A stretch of DNA of 64,000 nt from Selaginella moellendorffii (Eukaryota > Plantae > Lycopodiophyta): NCBI RefSeq assembly GCF_000143415.4, contig NW_003314381.1, positions 1 through 64,000 on the forward strand, written 5' to 3'. The first letter of the stretch is position 1. Each line of letters starts with the position of its first letter. A program made the position numbers and the translations under genes. Positions 36,501 through 50,292 of the stretch are shown here, one piece after another. The notes below the pieces were generated by a model, which was not told where the DNA came from, did no database searches, and saw only the letters and a program-made list of their open reading frames with translations.

Positions 36501-38389
36501 GGTGATATACTTGGCCACCAATAAGAGTTGGACTAAGGAACAGCTCCAATACCAAATTGTAAGCGATTAATTTTTCCATTCTACTTTAGTCACTTAACCA
36601 CACCTTCGACCGCTTGGAGGAGTCTCATTCACAACCTCCTAAAGTCCAATTCAGGACTTGAGACTTGCTAGCCCAAGAATGGCATCCATGCCACTCATCG
36701 CTTGCACTTAGTCCAAGTGCTCCACGTGTCTGGTCCTAAGACCGACACCCAAAGGCACCACTGATATATCGGCCTGTTACGCTAAGGCCATGCCCATTCA
36801 CCTTTGCCACACTAGTGGTCCAATACCACTTGCATCACAATCCCGTCTCTCCAAGACTGGGCCATCCGTCCACAAGTGGTCAACCCAGATCCACTCTTTA
36901 GCATCCTTGGGATGCCCACAGACATGGGGAATAGCCTTCCCCAATATCCCTTTGTCAGTTCCTACCAAGTCCCTTTTCTGTCCATGGCCATGTTCGCCAA
37001 CACTGCCACTCGATCAAGGCCCACAGGCCCGACCACTAAGTCCTATGGTCCTCCGGGACTTCCTCACCATGTGACTGTATCCTTAGTCACCACACTAGAG
37101 GACTGCTCTTCCTCATTTCTCCATTTGGGACTCCGGGACAACATTTTAAAACACCGTGGGCCTACGCGAGCCCCGTGGGTACTCTCCCTGCCTTCCGCCT
37201 TTAGGTGCTCTAGCCATGGGCTTAGAGCGAGGTTCCGTTGAGCCACGCCTGGTATCCAAGTAGGTAGTGCCACCCACACTTGGACTGGGAGCATCGGCCA
37301 GTCGATCTCCCGGGGGAACTAGAGCCAGCTCTTGAACACTTCACCAAGCTACCCCGCTTGTCGATCTGTATTCACTCTAGTCTTGGACTTCCCAGTGGTC
37401 AATTCATCACCCAACACTGGGTCTAGCCTTCCTGGGCCAAACTGGCCTTTCCTGGCCAAACTGGCTCCACTGCAATCCTCCCCTTACTATACTTTTGGAG
37501 CTCACCAAACCCCCCAGGGTCTGGGAGACGAACTCTTTGGGCTTTCACCCTCTCAGACTCGGACTCGGACTTGGACTCGGACTCGGACTCGGACTCGAAC
37601 TCGGGCTCGGGCTTGGGCTCGGTCTCAGCCTTGGCCTCGGTCTCGGTCTCAGTCCTGGTCTCGGTCCCGGTCTCGGTCTCGGTCTTGGTCTCCATCTCGG
37701 GTCCTTCTCGGACTCCATCTCGGACTCCATCTCGGATTCCGTCTCGGTCCACCTCGGACTCCATCTCGGACTCCATCTTGGGTCCATCTCGGACTCCATC
37801 TCGAACTCCATCTCGGGTCCATCTCGGACTCCGTCTCGGTCCACCTCGGACTCCATCTCGGACTCCATCTCGGGTCCATCTCGAACTCCATCTCGAACTC
37901 CATCTCGGACTCCATCTCAGGTCCATCTCGGACTCCGTCTCGGTCCACCTCGGACTCCACTTTGGGTCCATCTCGGACTCCATATCAGACTCCATCTCGG
38001 ACTCCACTTCGGACTCCATATCGGACTCCACTTCAGGTCCATCTCGGACTCCATATCAGACTCCATCTTGGACTCCACTTCGGACTCCATATCGGACTCC
38101 ACTTCGGGTCCATCTCGGACTCCAACTAGGGTCCGTCTTGGACTTCATCTTGGACACTTCCATGTGTCATGTGTTGGTCCTTTTTGGGTCCCTTTTTGGA
38201 GCCTTGCTTATTTCTCGCTTCGTGCTCGCTCCTTGAGCACTTTGTTGGGAGTTCCACTCCCGCTCTCGACCTTCCAAGTCAGAGCTTTTAGTCCAAACAT
38301 GTTACACTCGTTTGGGCTTTCGCTTCGACCACTACCACGTGGCACCCTTTCCGGCTCCACTTTGGGGCCTAGGGATTTTGTGTCTCACA
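30568..38389 (-). mobile_element. Non-autonomous or decayed LTR retrotransposon with 1.8-1.9 kb minisatellite-containing LTRs
   Basis: LTRs 30568-32477 and 36558-38389; TSD CCAAG at 30563-30567 and 38390-38394; degenerate Met PBS at 36543-36554; PPT at 32478-32490; 4.1-kb interior without an intact ORF. Confidence 0.92.
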
Positions 38390-38394
38390 CCAAG

Positions 38395-41300
38395 CACATG
38401 TATCATGGAACCTTGCCATTACAAAAAGTGTATCACTCATGTGCCTATAAAAACTCTTTTCACCTCCAGATAATGGCAGATGAGCTACTTCCAACCCAAC
38501 CCATAGTGCATCCAACTTACCATGATAATGCTTTTTGATGAAAAGACAAACTATGTCACTTGGATGGAACCTCTCACCATGTTGTTTTGCATGATGTAGA
38601 GCCATGTGCCTCTGACACAACTTGTTGATTGCAACAACATCTCTAAGAGTTGATCATGGCAATGTTGCAATTGGATGTTGACTTTAGGAGTAGTTATTGG
38701 ATTAGCCACAACAGCTAAAAATGAAATTGCAAGATGTTCAATGTTGATTGGGAAAACAACAAGCCATACACCAACTCATATGGTGTAGTTCCTATAGAAG
38801 CCTTGTAGGTGGTTTGAAAGTGCCACAATGCCCCTCAAAGATGAAATGGCTACAAGCAAGGATAGTTACTAACCATGCATTGGAGCATAGCCTTGAGAAC
38901 TTTGTTTGTTGACTTATGCACTCACTTTGGTGTGCTTAATGCCAAGTTTCTTGAAATATCCTTGACAACATTCTCTATAAAGTGTGAGCCATAGTTAGAA
39001 ACAATTATCTAAGGCACTCTAAAGCAACAAAATAAGTCATAGATGAAGTTGGTTGTGGCTTTCTAATTTGCTGAGATCACAGCTAATAAATTTTGTTTCT
39101 ATAGGTCTCTAGACTGATTCTAAAGTTTTGTTCATTGGTCTCCTTGCCTTTCTATGTGTTCTTGATCAAGCAGATATGTAGTATGGAACCAAATACATAG
39201 AGTAGATTGAGAACTTCTTAAGCCAATTAATTTAAATATAGCTTCCACCCACTGTGTGCAATAATTAGTGGCTAAGATGATATAGAGATGGCAGTTTTGG
39301 GCTTGTGGAAATGGTCTTATGAAATCCAACCCTTAGTGAGTGAATGATGCCTTTGGCTCAATTGGAACTAGTGGATATTAATGATCATATTGAGTTTGTT
39401 GGAACTTTTAACAAGGAAGATACCACTGGACAAAATGCTTGACATCTTGGAATATTGGCCAATAATAACCTGAACAAAGGATGTGCTTTTCTATGAGAAG
39501 TGCTAAAAGGTGGCCATTGCATGGGTGGCAACTTGTGAGTATCCCCCAAGACCTCCTCTTCCATTACACATTGCAAAAGCACAACATTAGAGTGGCATTT
39601 CCTAGTGAAGTAGATCATATAAGGCTTGCAATCATCATTTTGTTGACACAATGAAATCTCACAAACACCATCTAAGAGTGAGATGTGGAGTGTAAGCGAA
39701 GGACGCTAAACCCTAAATATCCCAAGACCCTTAACTGATTGAAAAAGGGGGTGCACTCTTATTCATGGGCCCTATGGATTATCTTTTGAGTCGTTCTTTT
39801 TGGTTGCTTACAATCCACCATGCTTCCTTGCAAGTTCACGCCCTCGTGAACAGAAGCTGAGAGCCGCAGCTCTCCCGAGAGCCCCGCTCTCTTGACTCCC
39901 TACCCTTTGGGTCGAGCCCAACGGGAGAAAATTAGACCAGCCAAATGTTAATCAACATATGGTGTGATTCCTTTAGTTAACCAATAGAGTCGAATCCAAG
40001 ATCGCTATGATACCAAATGTAAGCTCTTGAGTTTGGACTTCCCAGGAGGTCATCCAACCCAATATTATTCAAACCCAAGGACACTTAACCCCAAATATCC
40101 TAAGACCCTTAACCGATTAGAAAAGGGGGTGCATTCTTATTCATGGACCCTTTCTCTTTATATTTGAACCCCTATGGATCATCTTTTGAGTCGTTCTCTT
40201 TAGTGGCTTACATAGAGATGGAAGTCTTAATCCCACTGTAGTGGTTGAAGAATTGGTGTGGATAAAAGTAGTAATATCAACCTCTTAAAAGCATGTTGAG
40301 TCTTATTAGTCCATTTGAAAGGTTGTCAAACACAAAGAAGCTTTTAGAGAGGTTGTAAAAGAGAAGCATAACCATAGAAATATCATTGAAAGAACCCAAA
40401 ACCTCCCAAAAATTAGTGAACTTGTTGCACAAAAGTTGGCATTACCTTTGTCACAATTTGATGGACCTTTGATGATGTAGTGATTCCTTATTGAGAGATC
40501 ACATGTCCAAGTAGTCATCCCTTAGAAAACCATGAATTAACACTTTGAGAGATTAAATTGGATCAAGTAGAGGTGATAACATTCAAAGATTTATTGAAGA
40601 TGTAGCAAGTGTTTCTGCCAATCCCTTGCACAAGCAAAGTCATCTATATACATATGCATCGAGTGGAATGTCAATTTATGAAATGCAAAGTTGATAAAAT
40701 GCTGAAAAGTGGATGGAGCATTCACAAAACCAAAAGGTAAAACCTGATAGATAAAGTTTCCCTATAAGTGAAGAACATTGTCTTTAACTAGTCAAGATGT
40801 TGGATTTGAAATTGATTATAATTGCTATAGACCTCCTTTCCAATGATAACATCAAAAATCATGTTAATGAAGGGTGTTGGAAAGTGATTTTGAATTATTG
40901 CTCAATTCAAGTTTTGAAAGTCAATGCAAACTCAAATACTCCTATTAACCTTCTTGAATTGTATAATTGAGGAGAGCCACTCATCAAGATCCACCAAGAA
41001 GATAAAATCAATATCAATCAACTTCTGAACTTCTTTTTTAACCAATAGCTCAAAAAGAGGATTGAGTTGACATTGAGCATGTTTCATAGAAGTGATAGTT
41101 GGATTTATTGCAATAGTATAGACAATGATGTCTATTGAAATGCCTTTCAACTTTAAATAGTCCCATGCAAAAACATTCACAAACTCACCAAGGAGATCCT
41201 TTAGCAGTTTTCCCTCCTTAAACTACTTTGGCTCACTACTTTTATAGCTAAATCCAGAGGTATTGTTGCTAATTCAGCTTGGAAGACTTACACCTTCAAC

Positions 41301-44100
41301 TTAATCATGTCCACCATTGCATCATGATTGATGGGATGGATTGCCTCCTCTAGTAAGGCTTCTGCTACAATAATCTTCTACAACCCTTTGCTAATGCATT
41401 AGCAACAACATTAAGAAATATGTTCAATGGTCTAAGATGACAATTGAGCTAATATATGATGTAGTTTCTCATGAAGAGCTTGCAATCTAGGATATCAAAG
41501 TTGAAACTTTCTTTCTAACTACTTGCAAAGAAGCAAGAAACCTAAGCAAATGTAAAGATGCTTGACGCCCAACACCAAAGCTTGCTCAACTCCTAATGAG
41601 GCCACTTTATACTCATATTTATTAGCAAGAGTTGTCATTACTTTTTGTGAGAATGATTTGATAAGTTGGCCATCATTGGACAATAGCACTGCACCAAGTC
41701 CACCTTTTCCCAGCACTTTAGAAAAAACTTCATTATAAAATAAGAAATGAGGACTAGAAAGTGCATTTGTCTTCTCTATCTTTGCAGTGTTCCTAATTGC
41801 ATTATCCTCAATCTCTCCAAACCAAGCAAATTGAGTGCATTATGAAAGATGTCCTCGTTGGATGAAAATAACTCAAGCAGCTGATTTTAAGAAGCTAGAA
41901 AATGTGTAGCATCATCAAAATGAGTGAATTCCTCTAGATGGCATAGTAGGACTAGACTATGCAATCATATCATTATCAACAATATTGAGATTTTCCTTGA
42001 ACTGTGTATGTGAATGAAGCTTTGTTAAATCCACACTAGCTAATCAACTCTTGAGTGTTATATCTTCATTGTCAAATAGGATTTGATGAGCACACAAAAC
42101 ATTCACCACTTCTTTTAGAGAATCATCCCTAGTTGATTCACAATCCACCATCATAGCTAGTTCTAGCTTGTAAGTGATGTTGATTTTTTGATTAGTTGTT
42201 AAAGTCCATCCCGATTATAAAGATGATCAACACACTCCCCATCTGTGATATTCATAACCCCATTCACCCAAAAAGTGCTTATTGAAATGTTCTTAAGCTA
42301 CACTTGACCAAAAAGGAGAATATAGATTAGCCAAGTAGAGATCATCATTGGGGAAGTCCATAGCCAAAATGTTTATAACACTTATGATCCCACTAATGAC
42401 CACCTCCACATCACAAATAATCCTTATAAGTTGAAATTGGTTACAAAGATCTTTAGAACAATTTGAGTCACACCCTTCATAAGAAGTTGAAGCTTATACT
42501 ACAAAACTCCTAGCAAAATATTGATCCTAGATCTAGAATCAATGATAGAGTGAGGCAAACTTCATCCCTTAATGATTGTTGTGCAGAAGAATGCACTAGG
42601 ATCCTTAAAGCGTTCAAGATTAACCATGTGAACATCATGCTTCTTAAACTCATCCAAAACATGAGTCACAATTGATGGAGCTTTTGTAGTACAAAAGTGA
42701 TAAAAAAAAGATGTGGCACTAGCTACAAAAGTTGAGCAATAGATAGGATTGGCTTAGTTGAGCAATGTCATCCCACATGATTTACACCAACATTTGTAGA
42801 AGATCTGACAATTTGAAACATAGCAATAGCTTAAATGAGATGAGCATTGTTTGGAAGTGAAGTTGGGCCAAGAATTTTTTATGACGAGCTTGTGTTCCCT
42901 AAAACAACAAAATGCAATGTATATTAGCATTTCTATTGAACTTGAAGTGCTCATTATTTAGTAAAACAGGCACCTTCAATGTGCCCCCATCATCCATAAT
43001 ACAAACACTTCTTGGGTGGTTGTTAAATATGATAATCTTGCTTTTTATATTAACATCTCAAGTAAGGTTATGGAACAGTATTGTAGGGAGTATGAAAACT
43101 TTAACCACAATATCCACAACTACCTTAACATTCATAACCACCTTGTTACTGTTGATAGTAGTTAGTGTTATTGTTTGCTTTATGCATATCATGCGTTAGA
43201 ACTTCTGGCTCACCACTTCATTGGCATTATGTAGTCACAACCATCTTCTCATAAAATTGCTCCTAGATTTTTTGCATCTTGTCCATGATAGCAACTATCA
43301 TCTTGACTCAAAACTTGATTGAGTCAAGCTTGTAAAAGGATGGTTAAATCATGTTGCACTCTATATCTAAGATAACACCAACTTTTAAGAGTTGTTTTTC
43401 CTTTTGCTCTATTGTACACTCTATTGTAGCCTTTACTGCCCCAAACTACCTCTTTCAAACCTTGCGAGCCAAATCCAAGTGAAGGCTATCCACATAGAAA
43501 TGTACATCCTTTGGCCTTTCTTTTCCACTCCATATTGGCCACAAGGATGGAGATATGCCCAAAAAACCTAGTTATAAACCTCAAGATTCTCCTTAGCATT
43601 TTATTGAGGCTATGGAACTCCACAATGATGTGATCTTTAGTTTCTGGTGGCACAAACCTCTTGTAGAAAAGAGTAGTTAGCACCCTTGAGTTTGCAAGTT
43701 GTTGCAAAGTGAGTGAGTGTTGCCATTGAGTTGCTGCCCTATATAATGTCAAGACAAAATAATCCCTAAATAGATTATCATCCACATAAGACATTTTCAA
43801 TCGTGAGCGAATGGTATTAATGTGGTCTTGAACATTAGATCCATAAAACTTTGACAAGAGCTACAACAGCTTGATGTCAATCTTTGCCTTATTTTGGAAA
43901 AATGGTGCCATCATTGGATGCAATGGTGGTCGAGAAGATGACAGTGTTGAAATGATAGATGACAACCCAGACTCAAAAGTTAATAAAAATGGCTTCACTA
44001 GAGAAGAGGTTTGATTAATAGTTGTTGGTTTTATTTATTTGAGATCCTCATAGTCCCACAAGTAGAAACCATCTTAGTAGATGCCCCAGTGAACTTCCCT
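38395..44100 (-). mobile_element. Highly degenerate Tat-clade gypsy with order gag-PR-aRNaseH-RT-RH-INT
   Basis: gag 43486-43857; additional RNase H (GLGAVLL...NKYEYKVASLGVEQALVLGVKHL) 41519-41716; RT (VFAWDY...LVKKEVQKLID) 40932-41180; INT (DFIRPF...LATNYCTQWVEA) 39132-39329. Confidence 0.72.
39691..40212 (-). mobile_element. Cassandra-type TRIM with a 5S rRNA-derived LTR segment
   Basis: LTRs 39691-39812 and 40018-40212 (TGTAAG...CTTACA); Met-type PBS at about 40003-40015; 205-bp interior; near-TSD TGGAG/TAGAG; 40035-40089 matches the 5S internal promoter region. Confidence 0.85.
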
Positions 44101-44399
44101 CTATAGGGTTATATTGGAGCTTGCCAAATTAACTTCCTTGTAAGGAAAGGATTTTATGCAAGGAAAAGTGAGGAGAAAAGAGGATGGGAACACAAGATTT
44201 ATTTTGAGGGAAAGAAAGCTCAACTTCTTGTGAGGGAAATAGACCGTCTCTATTGTATCATTGGGATGTAGGGACCCCTTATGACCTTGGGGAGAAACTC
44301 CCAAACCTCTAGAGTTTACAGCTAAGACACCATATGTCACAAAGATGATTTCATGTATTGAAAATTACCTATTAGCTAGTCTTTCAAATATTCTTTCCT

Positions 44400-45555
44400 T
44401 GCCCTTTATGTTAGTCTCATTCCGGTCCCAAATGCTATTTATAGAAAGTGTCTAGATTTGCTCATTTGCCATATCTATGGAATATAGAGATTGTCTTGAA
44501 CACAATGGTGTTCATCCCATGTCCAAATTCACAATCTAGGGATATTCCATATTTAGTAAGTTTCAAGCTTGTTCCAGATATTAACTCCTGGTACTAAGGG
44601 TGGCTAAGGGTGAAAGCCCAAAGCGTATGTTCTTCATAGGGGGGGAGGGGGGTGGTTATGGGGGGTTTCAAATGTATAGTAGGGATAGTAGGTAGGTTGG
44701 AATGGCCAACTAACCAAAGGCATAGTTTAGCTCTTGCTTGTGTGCCTATCTTTATTCTGCATCTGGCTTGGGTTTAAGCCTAAGTTCCATACCATGTTAG
44801 TTGGTGGAGTACCCATATTCTTGCGTTAAACCACCGGTATGCTAAAATAACATTAAACTTTATTTGGTTTTGTTTTGTGTGCTAGTCTTGACATTGAGAT
44901 GTTGGATGCTCTAAGACTATTCTAAGTCGCTCCGTACTCTTGTCCCTTCACTCCTTGGGATGTATGCTCAAGAGGTGCTCCTTGGGTCTAAGCCCAAGCT
45001 CCACACTTGAACACTCTTTCCTTACTGCCACGACGACAGGAGGTCGGTATTGCTGAACCCGTTATTAGCCTCCACCTGAGCTAGTTGAGAAATTGGTCTT
45101 CGCGTGTGCACTTAGACCGTAAGGGCACTAAGGAAGGAAATCCTAAGTTGTCATTTGTCAAGCAGACTTGACACAGTGATGAGAAACTCATAATGTTGAC
45201 TTGCACTTGCTAGTGTTGGGAACCCCTGCGATATTGAGCTTGGTCCCTCAATATTGCTAGATGATAGCTTACCGTGTCTACCAAACACCCTCGCTATCAT
45301 GACTTTTGTGTTGGTCTCATTTCAGTCCCAAATGCTATTTATGGAAAGTGTCCAGATTTGCTCATTTGGCATATCTACGGAATATAGAGATCGGCCTGAA
45401 CACAATGGTGTTCGTCCCGTGTCCAAATTCACAATTTAGGGACATTCCATATTTAATAAGTTTCAAGCTTGTCCCAGAGACTAACTCCTGATACTAAGGG
45501 AGGCTTGGGTGAAAGCCCAAAGCGTGTGTTCCTCAAAGGGGGCTAAGGACCCATG
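44400..45555. repeat. 900-bp tandem repeat running into the assembly gap
   Basis: 44411 onward (ttagtctcattccggtcccaaatgctattt) recurs at 45311 onward, an offset of 900 bp. Confidence 0.82.
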
Positions 45556-45902
45556 NNNNNNNNNNNNNNNNNNNNNNNNNNNNNNNNNNNNNNNNNNNNN
45601 NNNNNNNNNNNNNNNNNNNNNNNNNNNNNNNNNNNNNNNNNNNNNNNNNNNNNNNNNNNNNNNNNNNNNNNNNNNNNNNNNNNNNNNNNNNNNNNNNNNN
45701 NNNNNNNNNNNNNNNNNNNNNNNNNNNNNNNNNNNNNNNNNNNNNNNNNNNNNNNNNNNNNNNNNNNNNNNNNNNNNNNNNNNNNNNNNNNNNNNNNNNN
45801 NNNNNNNNNNNNNNNNNNNNNNNNNNNNNNNNNNNNNNNNNNNNNNNNNNNNNNNNNNNNNNNNNNNNNNNNNNNNNNNNNNNNNNNNNNNNNNNNNNNN
45901 NN
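45556..45902. other. Assembly gap (N run)
   Basis: Run of n characters. Confidence 1.
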
Positions 45903-47640
45903 TATGATTTTGATGTTGTTCACCGCCTAGGGAGTTCTGTGGCTGATGCTAATGCCCTTTCTCGAGCTCCTCTTCCTTCTTCACTCTCTTTTTATGTTTT
46001 TGAGGAGCCTGTCGTTCCAGCATTTATGGATTTTCTAGACGAGGATTCTGTGCCGTCGGCAGTTGCTGTACTTGATGTTCAGTGTCCACAAGGTGCAGAG
46101 CAAGATCTACCTTCGCTTGATGAGGTTCGCGAGGCTCAAAAGATTGAGCCATGGATTCGAAGGCTTCGAGATGGGTTTGAGAATCCTGCATCACTTGCTG
46201 ATGACTTGCCTTTCTGGCATTTACATTCTCAATGTCGTCTTGAAGATGGCCTTCTTTATTTTGTGGGGACAGATCCTGATGATCATTTACGGCTGGTGGT
46301 ACCTTCTATCTTTATTCCGCGATTTCTCCATGCCTACCATGATTCTCCTGTTCTAGGTGGGCATATGGGACATCATCGTATAATCAAGAAGCTATGCAGG
46401 TCTTTCTATTGGCTGGAGATGCAACGTGATATTATCCGGTATGTGCGTAGCTGCGTTTGGTGCCAAGCTCGTAATACTCCCCCTTGGGCTGCAGAAGGAC
46501 GGTTGGAATCCATTGCAGTTTCCCGTCCGTTTGAGTTGGTGGCATTTGATCTTTTCCACGATCGACTGCTGGCAATGAGTATGTTATTATTGCTTCTGAC
46601 TATTTGACTCGTTGGGTGGAAGCTAGTGCTCTTGCTAGCGCCTTTGCAACTGCTGTTGGATACTTCCTCCTCAATCGAGTGGCGTTCCAGCATTCTTGTC
46701 CAGAGCGGATTCTTTCGGATAATAGTCCCGCATTTATGGCTGAGGCATTTCATGTTTTGACGTCTCAATTGGGGATTCGCCACACTTTTACGAGTGCTTA
46801 TCATCCACAATCAGACGGTCTGGTGGAACGGCTCATTCAGACGTTCAAGGGGATGATTGCGAAGTATGTGAACTTTTGGCATTCGGATTGGGATGGTTAT
46901 TTGCCGTCTCTTCGGTATGCATATGTCACTAGGGTGCAGAGTTCTGTTGGTGCTTCACCATATAAACTCTTATATGGTCATGATCCAATATTACCAACGG
47001 AGTTCGGTTTACCTTTGCGATTGCCACGAGCTGTAGATGCTAGGTCATGGGATCAATATTTGACAAGCATTCTTCCACTTGTCTAAGCAGAGTCTGCCGA
47101 ACACTTAGGCCACATACAAGTGGGACAACAACGGTGCTACAACTCCCATCATCGTCCACCTGCAGAGTACAAAGTGGATGATTTGGTGTTAGTTCTTACG
47201 GTACGTGGTTTATCTAAGGGGCTTCTTGCACAGTGGAAAGGACCGTATCAGGTGTTGCGGCAAATTGGACCACAAGTTTATAAGGTTTGGCATGACGTCC
47301 AACAGGCCAATCCTCCAGAGATTGTGCATGTGCAGCGGTTGAAATGCTTCATACAAAGGGATCAAGAGCAATTAATACCATCTACAGATCCGCTGATGCC
47401 TCCTCCTAATGTTCCTTCAGATGCTGACTCGTTTACAAGAGAACCCTAATGGTCTTCCATTATTCCGAGAGGAGGGGATGATGTGAGGGCCAAGTATATG
47501 GCTACAATGCCGTATACTAATATTAGCATAGTGGGATTTTGGTAGCTGTCGGATTGGTTTTAATCCGAACCGCTCACTCTTGTATATAAATTAGGGTTTT
47601 TGGGCTAATTGATATGCTTTCCATATTCCATGCACTCACA
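45903..47640 (+). mobile_element. Gypsy family A 3' portion: RNaseH end, integrase, PPT, 3' LTR 47482-47640
   Basis: ADALSR-like motif, HDSPVLGGH..CVWCQ, ILSDN, YHPQSDGLVER; LTR TGTGAG...CTCACA. Confidence 0.9.
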
Positions 47641-47760
47641 AAGTAATATTAATTTTGGAAATTATAGAAATTTTATTAAATATATGGGCCAGTTAATTAT
47701 TATTCACAGGACTAAAACATGTTAGATTTTGTATTTCTATAAATTCTGAAGAAAAACAGC

Positions 47761-48494
<734 letters not shown>

Positions 48495-48613
48495 CGAAGA
48501 AGCCCTAACTAGATTCTTTCATAACCGGGGTTTAAGATTTTCGACCTTTTATGCAAATATAATGCTCCAAAATAACCTTCAAAATACATAAAATGTGCAC
48601 AATACAGTCTAAG

Positions 48614-49373
48614 TTATTTGCAGCTATTTTGTTCACCTTGACCAGCAGCAAAGCATTGCATATCCCAGGGTACAGGAAAATGAACAGCCTCAGCATGTGG
48701 TATAGAGAAGCTCTGATAAACAAACCTGGAGCGGAGCAACAGATTTGTTGTGCTACTTTCTTGATGCAATTGAAATATCCAACTTACACTCTAACAGGAG
48801 GTCTTGACATTACCGCCGAAAGCTGCACATCCTCGTCCCCTGTGTTGATAATCTGTGCATAGGAATGCATGCTGAATCGAATGGTGATTTTCCCATTACA
48901 CAGACCTGGTGGACTGCATTTCGAGGAACCGCTATGGTGCTGTTTTGTGAGAACTGGAACTGGGTGGTTTCACCCGGATGCTCCAATCCTGGTTCTGCCA
49001 AGAGCAAAGTTCCGGTCCCTCTGAGCACCAAGAGGACTTCTTCGCAGTCGTGGCGGTGAATTGGAGTGCCAGATCCTGGAGCAAAAGTCTGGAGCCAAAC
49101 TTCTATCTGATAGGAAAGAAGATGAAAATGTGAGCTATTGTGTGGTTTTTCAGGACCTCTTTCATGCCGTGGTGAACCGCTCCGGCCACAGTGATGTGGG
49201 AAATTCCAGAAAGGCCGTAATTTCCTTCGGAAATATCAGAGAGGTTCCTAACAACTGGAAGAGAGAAAAATAAGAGAGAAAGCAAACCAAGAGTTCTGAA
49301 ATGAAATACCTGAAGAAGAGGGTCTTGAAAAAAGCGTAACGAAGAGAAGCATCCAAACCAAAACACTCTCCAT
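48614..49373 (-). CDS. ABP1: Auxin-binding protein 1, copy B (5 exons)
   Basis: MESVLVWMLL... signal peptide; [15 protein letters not shown]; TPIHRHDCEE; VPRNAVHQ; ends PWDMQCFAAGQGEQNSCK*; same intron positions as copy A. Confidence 0.9.
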
Positions 49374-50292
49374 CCGAACCCACATACCCTAAAACAGAAA
49401 TAAAACTCAACACTTTTTGTTTGTAACTAAAGTGAATACATGCTATTAAAGTTAACCATATTATGATAAGAAATTCATAGAATGTTCCGTCGATCTTTTA
49501 TCTTTTTCGCGGAGCCGCTGTCACAAACTTAAATTTCGCCCTTACAAAGTCACAGAGAAAACAAAAATCTGAAAATTAAAGAAGTCCGTCAACCCACTGC
49601 AGATGCCACTGGCTCCACTCCACATCTGAATCATCTTTTTTTGATGAATCACGAAAGCTACCGTAGCATTCAAGCGTCCCGTGGAATCACGAGCAATGTG
49701 CCAGTGATCCATCAAAATCAAGCCTCCGCTTTAGCTTGACCAGATCGAGATATGGCAGCAAGAAACTCTCTGGAAGTTGACGAGACGCGAGAATTTTAGC
49801 TGCGAAAACACGGATGATCAGCATGGAGGATTTAGTGCGCTGATGCTGGCGGTGAGAATTTCTGTTGGCGCTGGCGAAGAATACAAGCTCTTGTCAGCTT
49901 AAAACTCTCTCGCCAGGGAAAGTTTTCGCATTTGATGCAAGCCAAGCGCGAGAGACCCACCAGCCTTGAAATCGTGTCAGCTGACAACCCGGTCGTGGAT
50001 CATGCTTGGCTCGCACAATTCTCTCGGCCGCTTGCCAGAGTCGATCGTTCATAAACAAACCGTGAAGTTGGATCGATCCAACCAACGACCATAACGAACT
50101 TCATTCTCAGCTGACACGGGTTTCCCAGAAAACAGTTTCGCTGCTTTTGTCTCAAGAGGATCAACTGGAGGAGCGGAAGCTTCCGGCAGTGACCATCCAT
50201 CTCTCAACACTAGTCCTGAAAAACCAAAGAGACAAACTAGAAGAATCAGTGCTTTGAAAACCCAAGAAAAATCACGCACTACTCCCTCGCTT

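Noticed and set aside
24032-38538. Many long overlapping ORFs with SD, RT and LG repeats in the LTRs
   Set aside because: Artefacts of stop-free hexamer/dodecamer repeats that are open in all six frames.
40035-40089. Functional 5S rRNA gene
   Set aside because: Only a diverged 55-bp internal part, embedded in a TRIM LTR.
45509-45930. ORFs spanning the N run
   Set aside because: Assembly gap artefact.
49894-50279. Possible secreted-protein gene downstream of the kinase (MRDFSWVFKALILL...)
   Set aside because: Non-ATG start, early stops and no recognisable domain; cannot be supported.
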